Position numbers and translations under genes: made by a program. The notes under the pieces are model-generated. The model did not search any database. It was given only the letters and a program-made list of their open reading frames with translations, and was not told the DNA's origin. A stretch of DNA of 33,906 bases from Dimargaris cristalligena (taxonomy: Eukaryota): NCBI GenBank assembly GCA_003614675.1, contig ML002400.1, forward strand, positions 1 to 33,906. The letters are read 5' to 3'. Positions 19,881-31,585 of the stretch are shown here, one piece after another. Position 1 is the first letter of the stretch. Each line of letters starts with the position of its first letter.

Positions 19881-22640
19881 TTAACGCACAGTGCTAGTCG
19901 TCTTGTTGGCTTGCTCGGCTCTTTTGGCCATTTCAACCGCCTGGCGATTACTACTGGATGGTCTGCGGTGGAACGCATCGGAAATCTTTTCCTTAAACCG
20001 CTGGAACCCGCTACTCTTACGACGATGGTCGAGGTAGTGGTTGGCCTGTCCGTGACCAGTAGTGCTGGTGGTCGCATTGCTAGTCTGAGGGGCAGCCGAA
20101 CTACGTTGTTGCGGTTGGGGCTGCATCTGGGTCTGTTGTGGGGGGACGCCACCCGTGGTCACCGGGCGCTGGGTTTGGGGGGACGGGCTGGGTGGGGCTA
20201 GTTGCGGGGATCGGGGGTGGGCGGTATTGGGCTCCTGGGGTGGGCCCTCGCGAAGGGCTTCCTGTTCCGACATGTAACGTGAGTCGTTGTCATGGTCGGC
20301 CGCCTGCTTCTGGTAACGACGTTCGGATTTCTCGCGGTCACCGGGGAAGGGGTGGGAATCCAGGGTAGTACCCGGTGGGTGGGTGTCATCCCGGTTCCAG
20401 TTTTCGTCAAAAGACGTGCCGGAGGGGGGGTAGTTGTGGGAAATGGCGGTGCCGGGGGGCGGTTTATGCTCGGGGTCATTCCGATCGATAGGTGCGTTAT
20501 GGTCCAAGCCATGTCTAATTTCACTCTGCTCGTGGTATATCTGCTCCGAGTGGGCGGCGGGGATGGCCGTTCCTGGGGGATGGCGATGGTGAGTTTCGAT
20601 GCCTGCCTCTTGGGCATCCAAGAGGTCCTGGTAGCGCTCAGCACCCATAGGGTGCATTGAAGGAACAGCGGTTCCTGAGGGATGGCGGTCGTGGAGGTAG
20701 CGTTTGTGGCGACGCCGTTCCTCCCGTTCATACATGCGGATACCCCCCGTGCCCTGAAGCCCGTAAAGATCGCTGGTACTACCCCTGGAAGAGATGGACT
20801 CGGAGTCGGACCGGAGGGAACTGCCGCCCCCGATGCCGTAGAGGTGACCGGTGGAGCGCGGGTCTAAGTTGTTTCCCGGGCGCTGGTGAGGTAGGGCGTG
20901 CGGAATATAAGGACCCTTACCACCCGCAATACCGTATTTATACCCCTCGCTATTGGGGTTGGGGTGAAGCGCATCTTCAGGTGGCACGCAGGTGCCGACT
21001 CCACGGGCACCTGCGAGGCCGTAGGTATGGCCCGAGGAGAAACGGTCATCGTAACAGGTGAAGGAGTTGTTGCTGGTATTACGCCGGATGCTGCTTGCGG
21101 GGTCTCCCCGACGGGGGGCTAGGTTGTGGATAGCCAGCCCCTGGGTACCGAGGGCATGGGTAGCGCCCTCGGCTTCCTCCTGGACATTGCCCTCGGAATC
21201 GGTGATCTGAATCCTACTGGGGGCATCCGGGTCGGCCACGGGGGCGGCCTTGGAATCAATACCCACGCCCTGGCAATCGACCACCGGACTGGCGGCGGTT
21301 TCCTGTTCGTCGTTGGGCTGGGCGTGGACGGCGCGACCGGGGCCAACCGGAATCTGAGGGGAATGCACTCCCCCTCCCATACTGTTGCTACTGCTGTCGG
21401 TGTGCAGTGATCGATCGGACTGACGGACCGCAATGACCTCTGGTCGCTCCGCTTTATTGGGACGATGGTCCGATAGGGCCTCCCGGGGCTGAGTCGGGTA
21501 ATTATAGACATCATCCTGGACTGAAGGTGATCCTCGGTCAGACCGAGGGTGGGCGTAGTTGCCGATGGTGTCGGCCAGCCGATGGGTTTCCGGGTCGGAT
21601 TGTATATTGGCCTTGGGCTGCTGGTCGGCGGAATGTGGAGCGTTACTGGAGCGGGTGACCCCGACGGCTGATGCGGCGGCCGCGGCACCTGCGGTGGCCA
21701 TTCGATCAGAGGTATTTGCTAGAGACCTGCCACCCCCCGTCATTATTTGGGCAGCTTTGGCGACTTTGATCTTTTCGCCAAGAGTGGCTTGGCCGGTGGC
21801 GACGTGGGCGGCGGCTTTGGCCGTAGTGGCCACGTTAGCCGCGCCTGGCCCATGCGCGAAACTTAGCCCAGTGGCGGCTGCGGAAGCACCCGCGGGCTTG
21901 CCCGACTGGCTGACCACCTGGGCCGTCTTTTCGTACGCGGTCCGCTGCACACCCCCGGTGTTCTGCTCCGACTGGGGCAAGCGGGGGTTTTGGGGTACCG
22001 ACGACGAGGACGATGGGCCACCCATCATGGGTCCTCTGGAGACCTGGGCGGCCCCGGGCATAGCCTCCCGGGAGGCTCGACGGGTTTCCTGAGCGGCCAG
22101 GCCCGCCGCATTTGTCATCTGGCGATCACTGCTGGATACACTAGCCACACTGGCCTGGGGCCCGGATTGGATAGGGCTGCTGTAGTCACCGATGGTATCC
22201 GACTCTTGGCGCTGGGGGAAATGGCTGTTACTTGACATGGGGTTGCCGCTATGGGCCAACGTAATGGCCTCGGGACTCGCGGCGCTGCCCTTGGACCGGT
22301 AGCCAAACCCACCGGGAACATCGCGGGTGGAGGTGAGTTGCTCCCCATTGGTGTGGTGCGGGGCCTTGCGCTGAGCGACATCATCTTCAGTATTTGATGT
22401 CATGGTACAGTGACACTGGTTTTCATCGCAATCACAGCGGTGGTGGGCCAGGGGGGAGCTCACATGAGGGCTATAGTGTTCGGGTTGCTTACCGCGGCCG
22501 GTGGCGGTGGTGGTCGCCTTGGGCAATTTGTTCTGCCCCATGGGTACGTAGTTGGAAGCGTCGTAACTCGGATCCTCGACATTGATCGGGTTGGACTCGG
22601 AGGAGCCGGTGCCCATGAAGTACTCCAGAATCTTACTCAT
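19881..22640 (-). CDS. Hypothetical 919-aa hydrophilic low-complexity (likely disordered) protein with short internal repeats
   Basis: Long ATG-initiated ORF matching a GC-rich island, rich in S/G/A/P/H/Q, with YG[LI]xG x4 and [HPY]P[PS]GT x5 motifs. No recognizable folded domain. Confidence 0.8.
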   Translation of the reverse strand: MSKILEYFMGTGSSESNPINVEDPSYDASNYVPMGQNKLPKATTTATGRGKQPEHYSPHVSSPLAHHRCDCDENQCHCTMTSNTEDDVAQRKAPHHTNGEQLTSTRDVPGGFGYRSKGSAASPEAITLAHSGNPMSSNSHFPQRQESDTIGDYSSPIQSGPQASVASVSSSDRQMTNAAGLAAQETRRASREAMPGAAQVSRGPMMGGPSSSSSVPQNPRLPQSEQNTGGVQRTAYEKTAQVVSQSGKPAGASAAATGLSFAHGPGAANVATTAKAAAHVATGQATLGEKIKVAKAAQIMTGGGRSLANTSDRMATAGAAAAASAVGVTRSSNAPHSADQQPKANIQSDPETHRLADTIGNYAHPRSDRGSPSVQDDVYNYPTQPREALSDHRPNKAERPEVIAVRQSDRSLHTDSSSNSMGGGVHSPQIPVGPGRAVHAQPNDEQETAASPVVDCQGVGIDSKAAPVADPDAPSRIQITDSEGNVQEEAEGATHALGTQGLAIHNLAPRRGDPASSIRRNTSNNSFTCYDDRFSSGHTYGLAGARGVGTCVPPEDALHPNPNSEGYKYGIAGGKGPYIPHALPHQRPGNNLDPRSTGHLYGIGGGSSLRSDSESISSRGSTSDLYGLQGTGGIRMYEREERRRHKRYLHDRHPSGTAVPSMHPMGAERYQDLLDAQEAGIETHHRHPPGTAIPAAHSEQIYHEQSEIRHGLDHNAPIDRNDPEHKPPPGTAISHNYPPSGTSFDENWNRDDTHPPGTTLDSHPFPGDREKSERRYQKQAADHDNDSRYMSEQEALREGPPQEPNTAHPRSPQLAPPSPSPQTQRPVTTGGVPPQQTQMQPQPQQRSSAAPQTSNATTSTTGHGQANHYLDHRRKSSGFQRFKEKISDAFHRRPSSSNRQAVEMAKRAEQANKTTSTVR

Positions 22641-22838
22641 AGTTGTAGTGGAGAGAGTTGAGGAAAAAGGTACTTTCAGTAGGGGGCGGACTGCAAAAGT
22701 CTGGGGGCTACCTTGGTAACCGTAGGACCAGGGGTTTTAAACACAAAAAAATACGGGGGTGGTGTAATATAATGTTTTTTGGTGGCACGTCTCAACGAGC
22801 GTGTTTCACAGGATCACCAGTAGTTGAACTATGACGCA

Positions 22839-23037
22839 CTGCAAAGGATAAATAGGGTTGATTAGTCAGTGAATGGATGGTGTGGCGGGATTTTAGTAGT
22901 AATTGAATAGTACAAAAAATTAGTAAAGCCGAACCGGCACAGGATTAATCCAATGCGTAAATATAAAATGAGGGGATAAATCCAAAGACATATGTGAATT
23001 AGATAGGTGAGGTGCACTAACGATAAATGAGGGATAC
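22839..23037 (-). other. Possible 5'-UTR intron of the 919-aa gene
   Basis: Minus strand GTATCC donor at 23037, CTAAT branch at about 22865-22861, TTTGCAG acceptor ending 22839. Length 199 bp, similar to the RlmN-gene introns; TATAAA just upstream at about 23071-23076. Confidence 0.3.
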
Positions 23038-23918
23038 GCAAGCAGCTGGGCGGTGGGGCAAAGCCATTGCTTTATATGTGACCAGGCGAGGGGCGCCAAT
23101 GGGTTTCAGACTTTCCACCCACGGCCCGTGATTTGAGCAAGCCAAATCCCTCGAACCCAGCGCCAACCCCGCCAGTTGAAAGGGCGGCTCATTGTTCAGC
23201 CCGTAGCCGGGGGAATGGGCGTTATCACGATTTCCTTATCTCTCTCCTGTTTGATGTTATCCGGAAGCGTATTTGGTGATTTATAAGCTGGGCGGTGTGC
23301 GAGGAAAGGGGATCGGCAAGAGAGGGCTTATAAGCTGGCAAGCTACGCCGGCAACTCGCACCTTCCGAAATCTACCCAATGACTCGAGTCGGGTCCCCCA
23401 GCAGACCACGCTTGGCGCGACTTGACGAGGGTGTCACGTTGCTTGGGCTATATGCACTCATGATCCTGGGCCAACCTCGGAAAATAAATATGCGTCACTG
23501 TGGGGCTGTCTTTCCATTGAATGGCGTCACTGGAAGAGCATGGGAAGGGGGGTTCCTCCCCAGTGATCCTCTATTTCGGGATTACCCACCCATACGGTAC
23601 TACTACGGAGGGGCATCATGCCCCACTTGTATGGGTTGGATTCGTAAGCATCGTAGGGAGTCTCGTAAAACCAGCCGTTGGCTATCTCGTATGCGTGCGG
23701 GGTCTTATTTTGGCCCCATTTTATGCAGTGCTTCGATACGAAAGATAGGCCCAGTAGATACTTCTTATTGGCCTGCCAAGGCCCTTCTCCCTCCCACGCA
23801 TCTCCCTTGGCGTTTGTTAACTTCCCGATTCGTTCCGGTGCCTCTTTCTTATGTTTTATTCTCCGTTGGTTGCATTGCAAAGGCGCCGCGGAATAACCTT
23901 GACCCTGGCCCACCCACC

Positions 23919-26228
23919 ATGGCTGTCACCGCCACCCGACTTCCCATTCCCCTCATTCGGGCCGAGATCCCCTCCAAAGCGAAACAGGTTTGCGACTTCT
24001 GCCGTCGCCGCAAGATAAAATGTGACCGTCTCCGCCCCAGCTGCACCACCTGTCGACAGCGCAATGTGACCTGCCGTTATCTCCCTACCCCCGCCCGTAG
24101 CCGACCCTTTCGACCCCCCGTCCCCTCGACTCTAGTCCGCATATATCCAACTGCCCCACAACTCCTCAGGTTGGTTGCCTCACCGCCCCAGCCCTTGGCT
24201 ACTTCCTCGACAACCGACCTGTCCGCCTCCCCCCAGGATACTACCGCTCCCCCACCTTCCGAGGATCCCCTGGCCTTACTAGACGAGGGCAATGGCTGCT
24301 TGCCGTTGGGTTTTGCCTCCTTACCCGAGACTGACAGCTCCCCACCACTGTTTTCCGGCCTAGAAGGGTCTAGCACCACCGTTTCCTTGGCCGCGCCGTC
24401 CCTGTCCCCGAGCCTCTATGTGTCGCCCCCAGGGGTCCCGGCCGAACCACAGGAAGGAGCGTCTACTCCGCTCCAGCTTGTCGAAGCCCAGCCCCGTTAT
24501 CTGGCGGACCCTGACACCACCATCGCCTTAGACATTCCATTCGCTACCCGCATTGACATTGAACAGCTAAAGCCCCCGGAGCCTGACGAAGCCTGCGTGG
24601 CATGGACCGAGCGGCTGTTCCAAAAGTTTCTCGCCAACAACAACTCATCGTTTGAGTCATATCTCATTACCAAGACCCTCAATCGGGCCCAGCGCCAGCC
24701 CCAGCAGGAGAATGGCGTAACTGTCCATGACCCCGCCTCAGGGATGGTGCACCACTCGGCCATGAGCCGCAGTTTATTCATTCGGACCGACCTGCTGTTC
24801 CACTCCACCGTTCTAGACCACCTCGTCAGGGCCTTCTGTGGGTTCCTTTACCCCGAAACTGACTACCTGCACCACCAACGTGTGTTGGTCCGCCTGGCCA
24901 ATGGCTATATCTCCGATGGCCTTATTCTGGCCCTGGCCACTTTAATCGCCCCCATGTCACCCCACCCCATATTTACGGGCATGCACCCCTTCAGAGCCGG
25001 GGATTGTTATTACCAGCACCTAGTGACCATCTTACACCACTCCCTGGAGGACCAGCACCTGGACTCCTTAATGGTCCTGTTCATTATGTCCCAATACGAG
25101 ATCAGCCGGGGTAATATGCATGCCAGCCAGTGCTACTCCGCCGCAGTGCTCCGTAAATTCCAGCAAATGCGTGGCCACATCATGGATCACCCCCACCCAC
25201 CCCCCATCTCTCTACGCCTATCGGTCGACGATACCGTCACCGGTAGCCCAGGCCAATCCTATCACAGTCTGCCCATTTATGACCTGGTCCTGTTGCGTGA
25301 ACCCATTATTAAAGAAAACCTACGCATTATGTGGTGGTCTCTCCAGGGCCAGGATACCATCGCTGCTCTCATGCTCGGATATCAGCCCACCTTTCACTTT
25401 GACGAAATGTACGTCAACCTACCCCTGTCCGGAGACCAATTGGACCAGTGGGTCAATGTCGCCGTCAATGACCCCACGTCGCCACTCTACACTGACCCCA
25501 ACTACATTTCGTTCCTAATTCGACCCCAGGGATTCAACTCGAATATTTCCCAAACGGTGGAGCTCCAAATCATTGCCCACCAGGTCGCCGAACTGCGCGC
25601 CCACCAAACGGACAACCCGGCCCAGTGGTACCAAAATGTACCCATTATCAACGCTGATCTAGAGCGGTGGCGACGTCGGCACAATATCACCATGGTGCGG
25701 CATCCCATCGTCCCCGTCTGTGCATTGGTTCCGGATGGCTCGGCCTTGTTTACCGCCGCTCCTATCCGGGGCGACAGCCACACCCTAGTCCTATTCCACA
25801 TGGTTCGGATCTATCTCAACCACGCGGGCTCCCTAGACCCCAAGGACCTCCCCCTGGCCAACCCCAACCACCTCGAAACCATATATGATAGCTCGGACCC
25901 CACGCTACTCTGCGGTCGGCAACTCTGCTGGGAGAGCGTCGAGTGCCTCCGCTTCATCCTCGATGAGGCCCCCATCATGCCCGCCTTTTTCCAAAACACC
26001 ATCTTTGTGGGGTCCCTCTACGCCGCCGCCATGCTTTGCATCGAGGCTACCCACCACTCCACCGATCCCGCCCTCATTGACTGGGCCAATGAGTTCATTG
26101 ATGAAATTCTCATGTTCTTCACCCAGTTTGGTCATTTATGGGCCGCCAACCGCTTCGCCGCCCGCCAGATTCGGGAAGTCCGAACGGCCTCGAACTCCAC
26201 AGTCTCCTTAATTCTACACTTTCTATAA
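23919..26228 (+). CDS. Zn(II)2Cys6 (Gal4-type) fungal transcription factor, ~769 aa
   Basis: CDFCRRRKIKCDRLRPSCTTCRQRNVTC binuclear cluster about 25 aa after ATG 23919 (ccaccATGg context), a Pro/Ser linker, and a fungal-TF middle-homology-like region (KENLRIMWWSLQGQD...YVNLP). Confidence 0.9.
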   Translation: MAVTATRLPIPLIRAEIPSKAKQVCDFCRRRKIKCDRLRPSCTTCRQRNVTCRYLPTPARSRPFRPPVPSTLVRIYPTAPQLLRLVASPPQPLATSSTTDLSASPQDTTAPPPSEDPLALLDEGNGCLPLGFASLPETDSSPPLFSGLEGSSTTVSLAAPSLSPSLYVSPPGVPAEPQEGASTPLQLVEAQPRYLADPDTTIALDIPFATRIDIEQLKPPEPDEACVAWTERLFQKFLANNNSSFESYLITKTLNRAQRQPQQENGVTVHDPASGMVHHSAMSRSLFIRTDLLFHSTVLDHLVRAFCGFLYPETDYLHHQRVLVRLANGYISDGLILALATLIAPMSPHPIFTGMHPFRAGDCYYQHLVTILHHSLEDQHLDSLMVLFIMSQYEISRGNMHASQCYSAAVLRKFQQMRGHIMDHPHPPPISLRLSVDDTVTGSPGQSYHSLPIYDLVLLREPIIKENLRIMWWSLQGQDTIAALMLGYQPTFHFDEMYVNLPLSGDQLDQWVNVAVNDPTSPLYTDPNYISFLIRPQGFNSNISQTVELQIIAHQVAELRAHQTDNPAQWYQNVPIINADLERWRRRHNITMVRHPIVPVCALVPDGSALFTAAPIRGDSHTLVLFHMVRIYLNHAGSLDPKDLPLANPNHLETIYDSSDPTLLCGRQLCWESVECLRFILDEAPIMPAFFQNTIFVGSLYAAAMLCIEATHHSTDPALIDWANEFIDEILMFFTQFGHLWAANRFAARQIREVRTASNSTVSLILHFL

Positions 26229-27386
26229 CCCCCCCCCGCGCTATGTGTAACTTCCTTTACCCGTGTATTTTTATTAATTTTTCGGCCGCCCTGTGCCTTA
26301 TCTATTGTATACTGGCGGCATCTGCCAACAATCACTTGACCTTTGGCAAACTGGGTTTTAATAGATCCCTCTGCTAATTGGTGGTATAATTTATTCGATA
26401 AGTTAATGAGTCTTAATGACCAACGCACATTGCAGCCACGATTGGATTCATTAAAAAAATCGCCAGACCCGGAGCCAGCACCCTCTTCTATTGGACCAGA
26501 CCTATCCACCAATAGTTGGAAGATACAGGTGAAGCTGCTGGTATTTTTACCGCTCAATTACATTGGACAAAAGAAGGAAGTTTCTTCTCATGTAATTATT
26601 GCTCGCAAAGGCGGAGCAGCATATCCCCCAGTTGATTTTATGTGATATGTGTTACTCCGCTTTATTTTAGACCAATTGATCCACCAAACGGAATCCCAAT
26701 CATAATTAGGAGTAGAATAACGAGGTTCATACCTGGCACCAGATTCGCCTACTACAAAATATTGTATATCAGATTAACTGACGATAAGCCGTGTCCGAAA
26801 ATCCTGTCTCTCAGATATACTAACCTAGTCTACACACTCAAACAAATAGAATTAGTCAGACCAAAAATATAACCCCCCCGCTTTTTTTCTACTTCACCAT
26901 TAGGTTGGACTTTCCCGAATCTGTCAAGAGACAACAGTAGTTCGTCGGTGCAAGAGCGCTCATCAGTTTTTTGGTGTACTATCTGGTAGCATCATTCAAC
27001 AAATGAAGCTATGGGCTTCTGCTTAGGTCATCTCAACCCTGCGCTGACAGCAAATATCTTTATCATATGTTAAATGGTTACTAACAGGAATATAATAACA
27101 CGTACCATACGCTAGGTTTTAATCGAACAGGCTAAACCGCAGGTCAAGGGCATAAAACACGGACGGGGTAGTATCTTAAACCTATATTTATTTCTGAATG
27201 GAATGACACCCCTTAAACCGCGCAACCAAAAATATAACCGGGTTGCCTAGGCTCATTTTGAAGGGCTCGTTCAGTAGATACCTCAGAGATATTATGGGGA
27301 ATACGTAAAAATAAGTATATTTATACCATTAGGGAAAGAGGGGGGAGCTTATAAACTTTTTAGAGCCATTATCCGACCCGGCCCAT

Positions 27387-29327
27387 TCAAGTCTGGGTAG
27401 GGCGCAGTTGCGCGCTCTGTTTTAGAATGGCGTTACTCCGAAGTTGACCACAAGCCGCCATAATATCTATAGAGGGAGAGGGGGGGTAAGACCATGCAAT
27501 TAGCATTATATTATTAGACATTATGGTTAATAAACAATCTGGCGGTATGGTGAAGCGGTCCAATAGACAGGGTGACTTGTCCAACAAGGTGAGTCGGGGT
27601 TTACACTAACGGGATCGACTTTTAGATAGACGTTTGGGCCAATGGTACCCCATATTACCTTGTCCTTTGGGCCACCGGATGGTTGCTTGGATCCCGCGCT
27701 CCTTAAGGATGTTAGCAAACCGCTCAATTTGGGCGTCATCAGAGCTCTTGAATCGAGTTCCGGGCCACGGGTTAAACGCACTAATGGAGTGGCGAAGGCA
27801 AGCCATTGTAAAGTGGTTGGAAAAAAACGAAGTGTTGTGTATTGCAGTGGTGGGTGTATTTCGAGGTTAGAGCCAGTCGATCCAGACTATATTTTAAATA
27901 GGTGGAGATAGAGGCATGGTTTACGTGGTATCAAGGACCACCTAAAAGACCCCCAGTTCAATTTGAGATATGTGCTTGGGTGGGTTGTCATCATATGGTT
28001 CCAGTAACTTACATGAGGTTAACATGGGATGGAAGGGTTGATATTAGCTTCACCAGCTGCTTCGCCATATCCACGGAGTCGTTGATCCCCTGGAGCATGA
28101 CGTATTCGAAGGTAATGCGCCGGTTATTACGGCCCGCCTCCCGCACAAAATCCTCGCAGGCGCCCAGCAGTTGGGCCAGCGGGTAAGTCTTATTAATGGG
28201 CACCAGCTCATTCCGCAGCTCGTCGGTGACCGCGTGGAGGGAAATCGCCAACGTCACCTCGAGCTCGGAAGCCACGCGGGGGATCAGGGGCACGATCCCG
28301 GAGGTCGACACCGTGATACGGTGGGGACTGAAATTGAGCCCCTTGGGGTCCTTCAGAATCTGTACCGCCGCGCGCAGTTGCCGGTAATTATATAACGGTT
28401 CGCCCTGTCCCATAAACACGATATTCTTCAGCGTTCGGTTCTGCAAATCAACTGGAAATTCCTTAACCTGCCGAATCGCCAACATTACCTGGCCGACTAT
28501 TTCCGCGGTAGTCAAGTTACGGAGCAGCTTTTGGGTGCCCGTGTGGCAAAAGGCGCAGTTTAGGGAACAGCCAATCTGAGACGACACGCACAGCGTTTGG
28601 CGTTCTTCGTCGGGTATAATAACGGCTTCGATCTTCTCGAGACCTCGTCGCGCAGTAGCAGCAGCCGTCGTCGTGGACGGTTGGCTAGGGCTACCGCTCA
28701 GGTCAATGAGCAGCTTGGTGGTATGATCGACCCGGGAAGTCTGGGTCTGTACTACCGTGCCCGGTGTGAAGGAATAGTGGGCAGCAATGCGCTGGCGTAG
28801 AGATTTGGAGAAATTTGTAATCCCGTCTGCCGTGGTGACCCCTGTACATTGACAATGTAACAATAACATAATGATAAACCAGCGGATCAAAACATAATGT
28901 TAATAACTGGATCGTATAATACCCCCTTGGGTAAATGTATGGAACTTGCGACAATTCAGTGGTGCAATCGCAAATACATATTGGTAGGCTTGTTGTATGA
29001 CCTACCTTGAGCGTAGAGCGAGTGCCACAGCTGGTCCATTCGATATTTAGGGACCTTGCCCACTGCCTGGGGCAGAGTTTCGCTCAGCTCGTCATAGGTG
29101 AGACCGTATATATTTGTCCGAGGCAAATCGTCCAGAGAAGCTGACTCTGACCGGAGCGTACTGGCAGTAGAGGAGGAGGGTGAATGGGGAGGCCTAATTT
29201 CCGCTGGGGCCGAAAAGGCTCGATTAAAATTTAAATTAGGGAATCTCCGGTCCTGACTTAAAAGTAGAATCGGGCTGGACCAAGGGCCCCATTGGGCACG
29301 ACGTACATGGCGGCCAATTAGTGACAT
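27387..29327 (-). CDS. rlmN: RlmN/Cfr-family radical-SAM RNA methyltransferase, 4 exons (29327-29006, 28841-28013, 27780-27659, 27466-27387), 450 aa, probable mitochondrial leader
   Basis: TLCVSSQIGCSLNCAFCHTG (CxxxCxxC), RNLTTAEIVGQV, FMGQGEPL, ITVSTSG, LAISLHA, ITFEYVML, VNLIAFNPWPG, GQDIMAACGQL. Three GT-AG introns (164, 232, 192 bp) splice in phase to 1353 nt. Confidence 0.9.
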
Positions 29328-30763
29328 GGCCGCTCCGGGAAAACGAGGGAATTGGCTGAGAAGCAAGTAATGTATGAGTAGAATCGAGACTTTAGGAGTT
29401 CAGTAGCCTAAAAGTCAGGAATGCAATGTCCCTTTCTGGGGAATGCAATTTGGTACTATAAGCTACACTTTTGAAATAGTTGCCGCCTGACTCTCCAAAA
29501 AAAGAAAAATAATGTAGTAAGTGGGTCAAAATATTTCCGGTAGATGAAAGGGAAGATAAGGTCACATGCCTGGTTAAATAGCATCCAAATTGTATAGACA
29601 GCTAGTACATTCACCTGGGGTGGCCAAATGCTCACCTCTTTCGAAATGCTTCAGTTCTTAGAGGTCGGGCAGGCTTGGCCAAACTCGGATTTAATAGCCA
29701 TACCATAGTCAAAGTCGGGGCACCATTTAGTGAAAATATAAATGAAATAGTCAAAAGGCTGGGCAAGTAAACTATGTGTATATCGTTCAAATGTACAATG
29801 TGCATTGACAAAATGAGGGTCTATTGGACTATCTAATGACAAGTCCGGTTGGGGAGACAAAGATCCCGTAGCCTAAAAATGTGGCATGCTTTTTATTACC
29901 ACTTATCTGGTATTTAAACCCGTTTACAGTTGGGTCAAATTTCATCCATATGTGATTAAAAACATATATAATGGTGGCCAGTAGATTTTCCAAATTAAAG
30001 GCATGAAATGTGCGGTCTTGGGAATTTTGACCTAATTGTTCTAAGCCGATTTTGGTAATATATTTATCAGGAATTCTTCCACCCTTAAAATATTTGCAGT
30101 GTTTGAAGTGCTCGCTTGTTAACCAAAATACATTATTATAAGTGCCCACTTATTAAGGAAGAGGAAAAGTGCAATGGCACACTGAAGGAGGGAAGCCTAA
30201 GGTCCAACCATTAAAATTACACATTGTTTACTGATAGTCTATCTGCAGTAATGCAATTCCAAAGGGCCGTGGCAACTATACTAGCATAATTACTCTGGGA
30301 AACTGCTGTTTTATCTAATACATGAAAACATGGCACATTCACTAGATTATGAGCCATTCAGATGTGTCATTCCCTTCCATACCATGCAAGGGTGCCAAAA
30401 ACCCCAGTGATTACATTTACATAATCTCTCACACTGGTGCCTAGGTGATTATCAGCAATCCCTTCTTGAACAATTGTTTTGGTATATCACTGAATATTGG
30501 GAGGCTTCAACCTTCCTATTAAGTCATGTGGGTTACTTAGCATTGGCTATATGATAGTTGAACTGTGGCCATTGGGTCATTGGATAAACTGGTGTGTTGG
30601 GGACTTGCTAGGCCCACTATTGATGTATTGAAAAGAGTGACAAGGTTATATATCCACAAGTGATCTATCATTCTGGGTCTTACCATCACAGCAGGTCTGG
30701 TCACCCTCATGTGAAAACAGACCCACAATTACAGGTTTAATTTTATGAATTATCATCATGGAC

Positions 30764-31300
30764 TGTTACCCAGGTTAACCACTCTTAGTCCATCAAGAGT
30801 TCTGAGGATAGGCTTCTAACAGTAGGCAGGGCTTAGACTCAGCCAAGCGGGCTACTAATGTTAGGATAGGTCACAGTACTAACTAATAAAGGTTAGTGCA
30901 GTTATAGGCAAGGGACATGTATCAGGCACACTTACTAGTTAGTACAAGGGGGTGAGTATATATAGTTTATTGGGGTAAACTAGGGGGTTATAATAAGCTA
31001 AGGAATTGAATTGGTCCCAGTGGGGCCCAGTTATATATATGTAGGGGCAGCTCTTGAGGGAGGTCCCAAGGGAAATGCTACTAAGACTAGGTATAGGTAG
31101 ATAAGGAATCCAGCTAGACAGCTTTGTATCTGGAAGACTCTTATGGGAACTGGAAGAGTCATTTGGATTAGCTGGCTGAGTATTTTGTGTGAAGTATTAG
31201 GGGGCTAGAAGGAGAAGGCTTATATAATAGATGATGGTCCTATAGTACTGGGGGTGGCTATGGGAGGGTTTATATAGTACTATAAGGCCTAATAAGGACA
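30764..31300 (-). mobile_element. LTR-like repeat copy A (inverted relative to copy B)
   Basis: Aligns along its length with the reverse complement of 31586-32130. TGT...ACA ends; on the minus strand a TATA run (31031-31040) is followed by AATAAA (30966-30971). The inner end is uncertain (31300 or 31304). Confidence 0.6.
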
Positions 31301-31585
31301 GACAATCATTAAATCAGGATTAAGTTGGATTAGGAGGGCTAATATGGACATTAAATTTCATAGAAGACACTTGCCAAAAGCTTTGGCCATGGCCCTAACC
31401 CAAGAAGGGTTACTGCAAGGTGTGGCTTCAGATATCCCCAATATATTGTGTCTAACTATACTTAATGGTCATTATGAAACATATACAATGGTAGTAGGCA
31501 TTCATGAATCTTGTTGAATAGGTGACAAAGGGAATACTTTAGTATATATTAGGCTATCTAATCCTTCTTAATTTGGACACCTTAG

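Noticed and set aside
23140-23215. GGTTCGA T-loop-like motif on the minus strand
   Set aside because: No T-stem pairing or cloverleaf, so not a tRNA.
23379-23918. 180-aa N-terminal extension of the Zn2Cys6 ORF
   Set aside because: Composition is not protein-like, Zn2Cys6 clusters normally lie near the N-terminus, and ATG 23919 has a strong ccaccATGg context. Probably promoter/UTR, though not excluded.
19799-26557. Numerous overlapping 60-190 aa ORFs within the two GC-rich genes
   Set aside because: Shadow frames expected in GC-rich coding sequence.
28842-28890. Signal-peptide-like start MIRWFIIMLLLHCQC of ORF 28009..28890
   Set aside because: It lies inside intron 1 of the RlmN-like gene.
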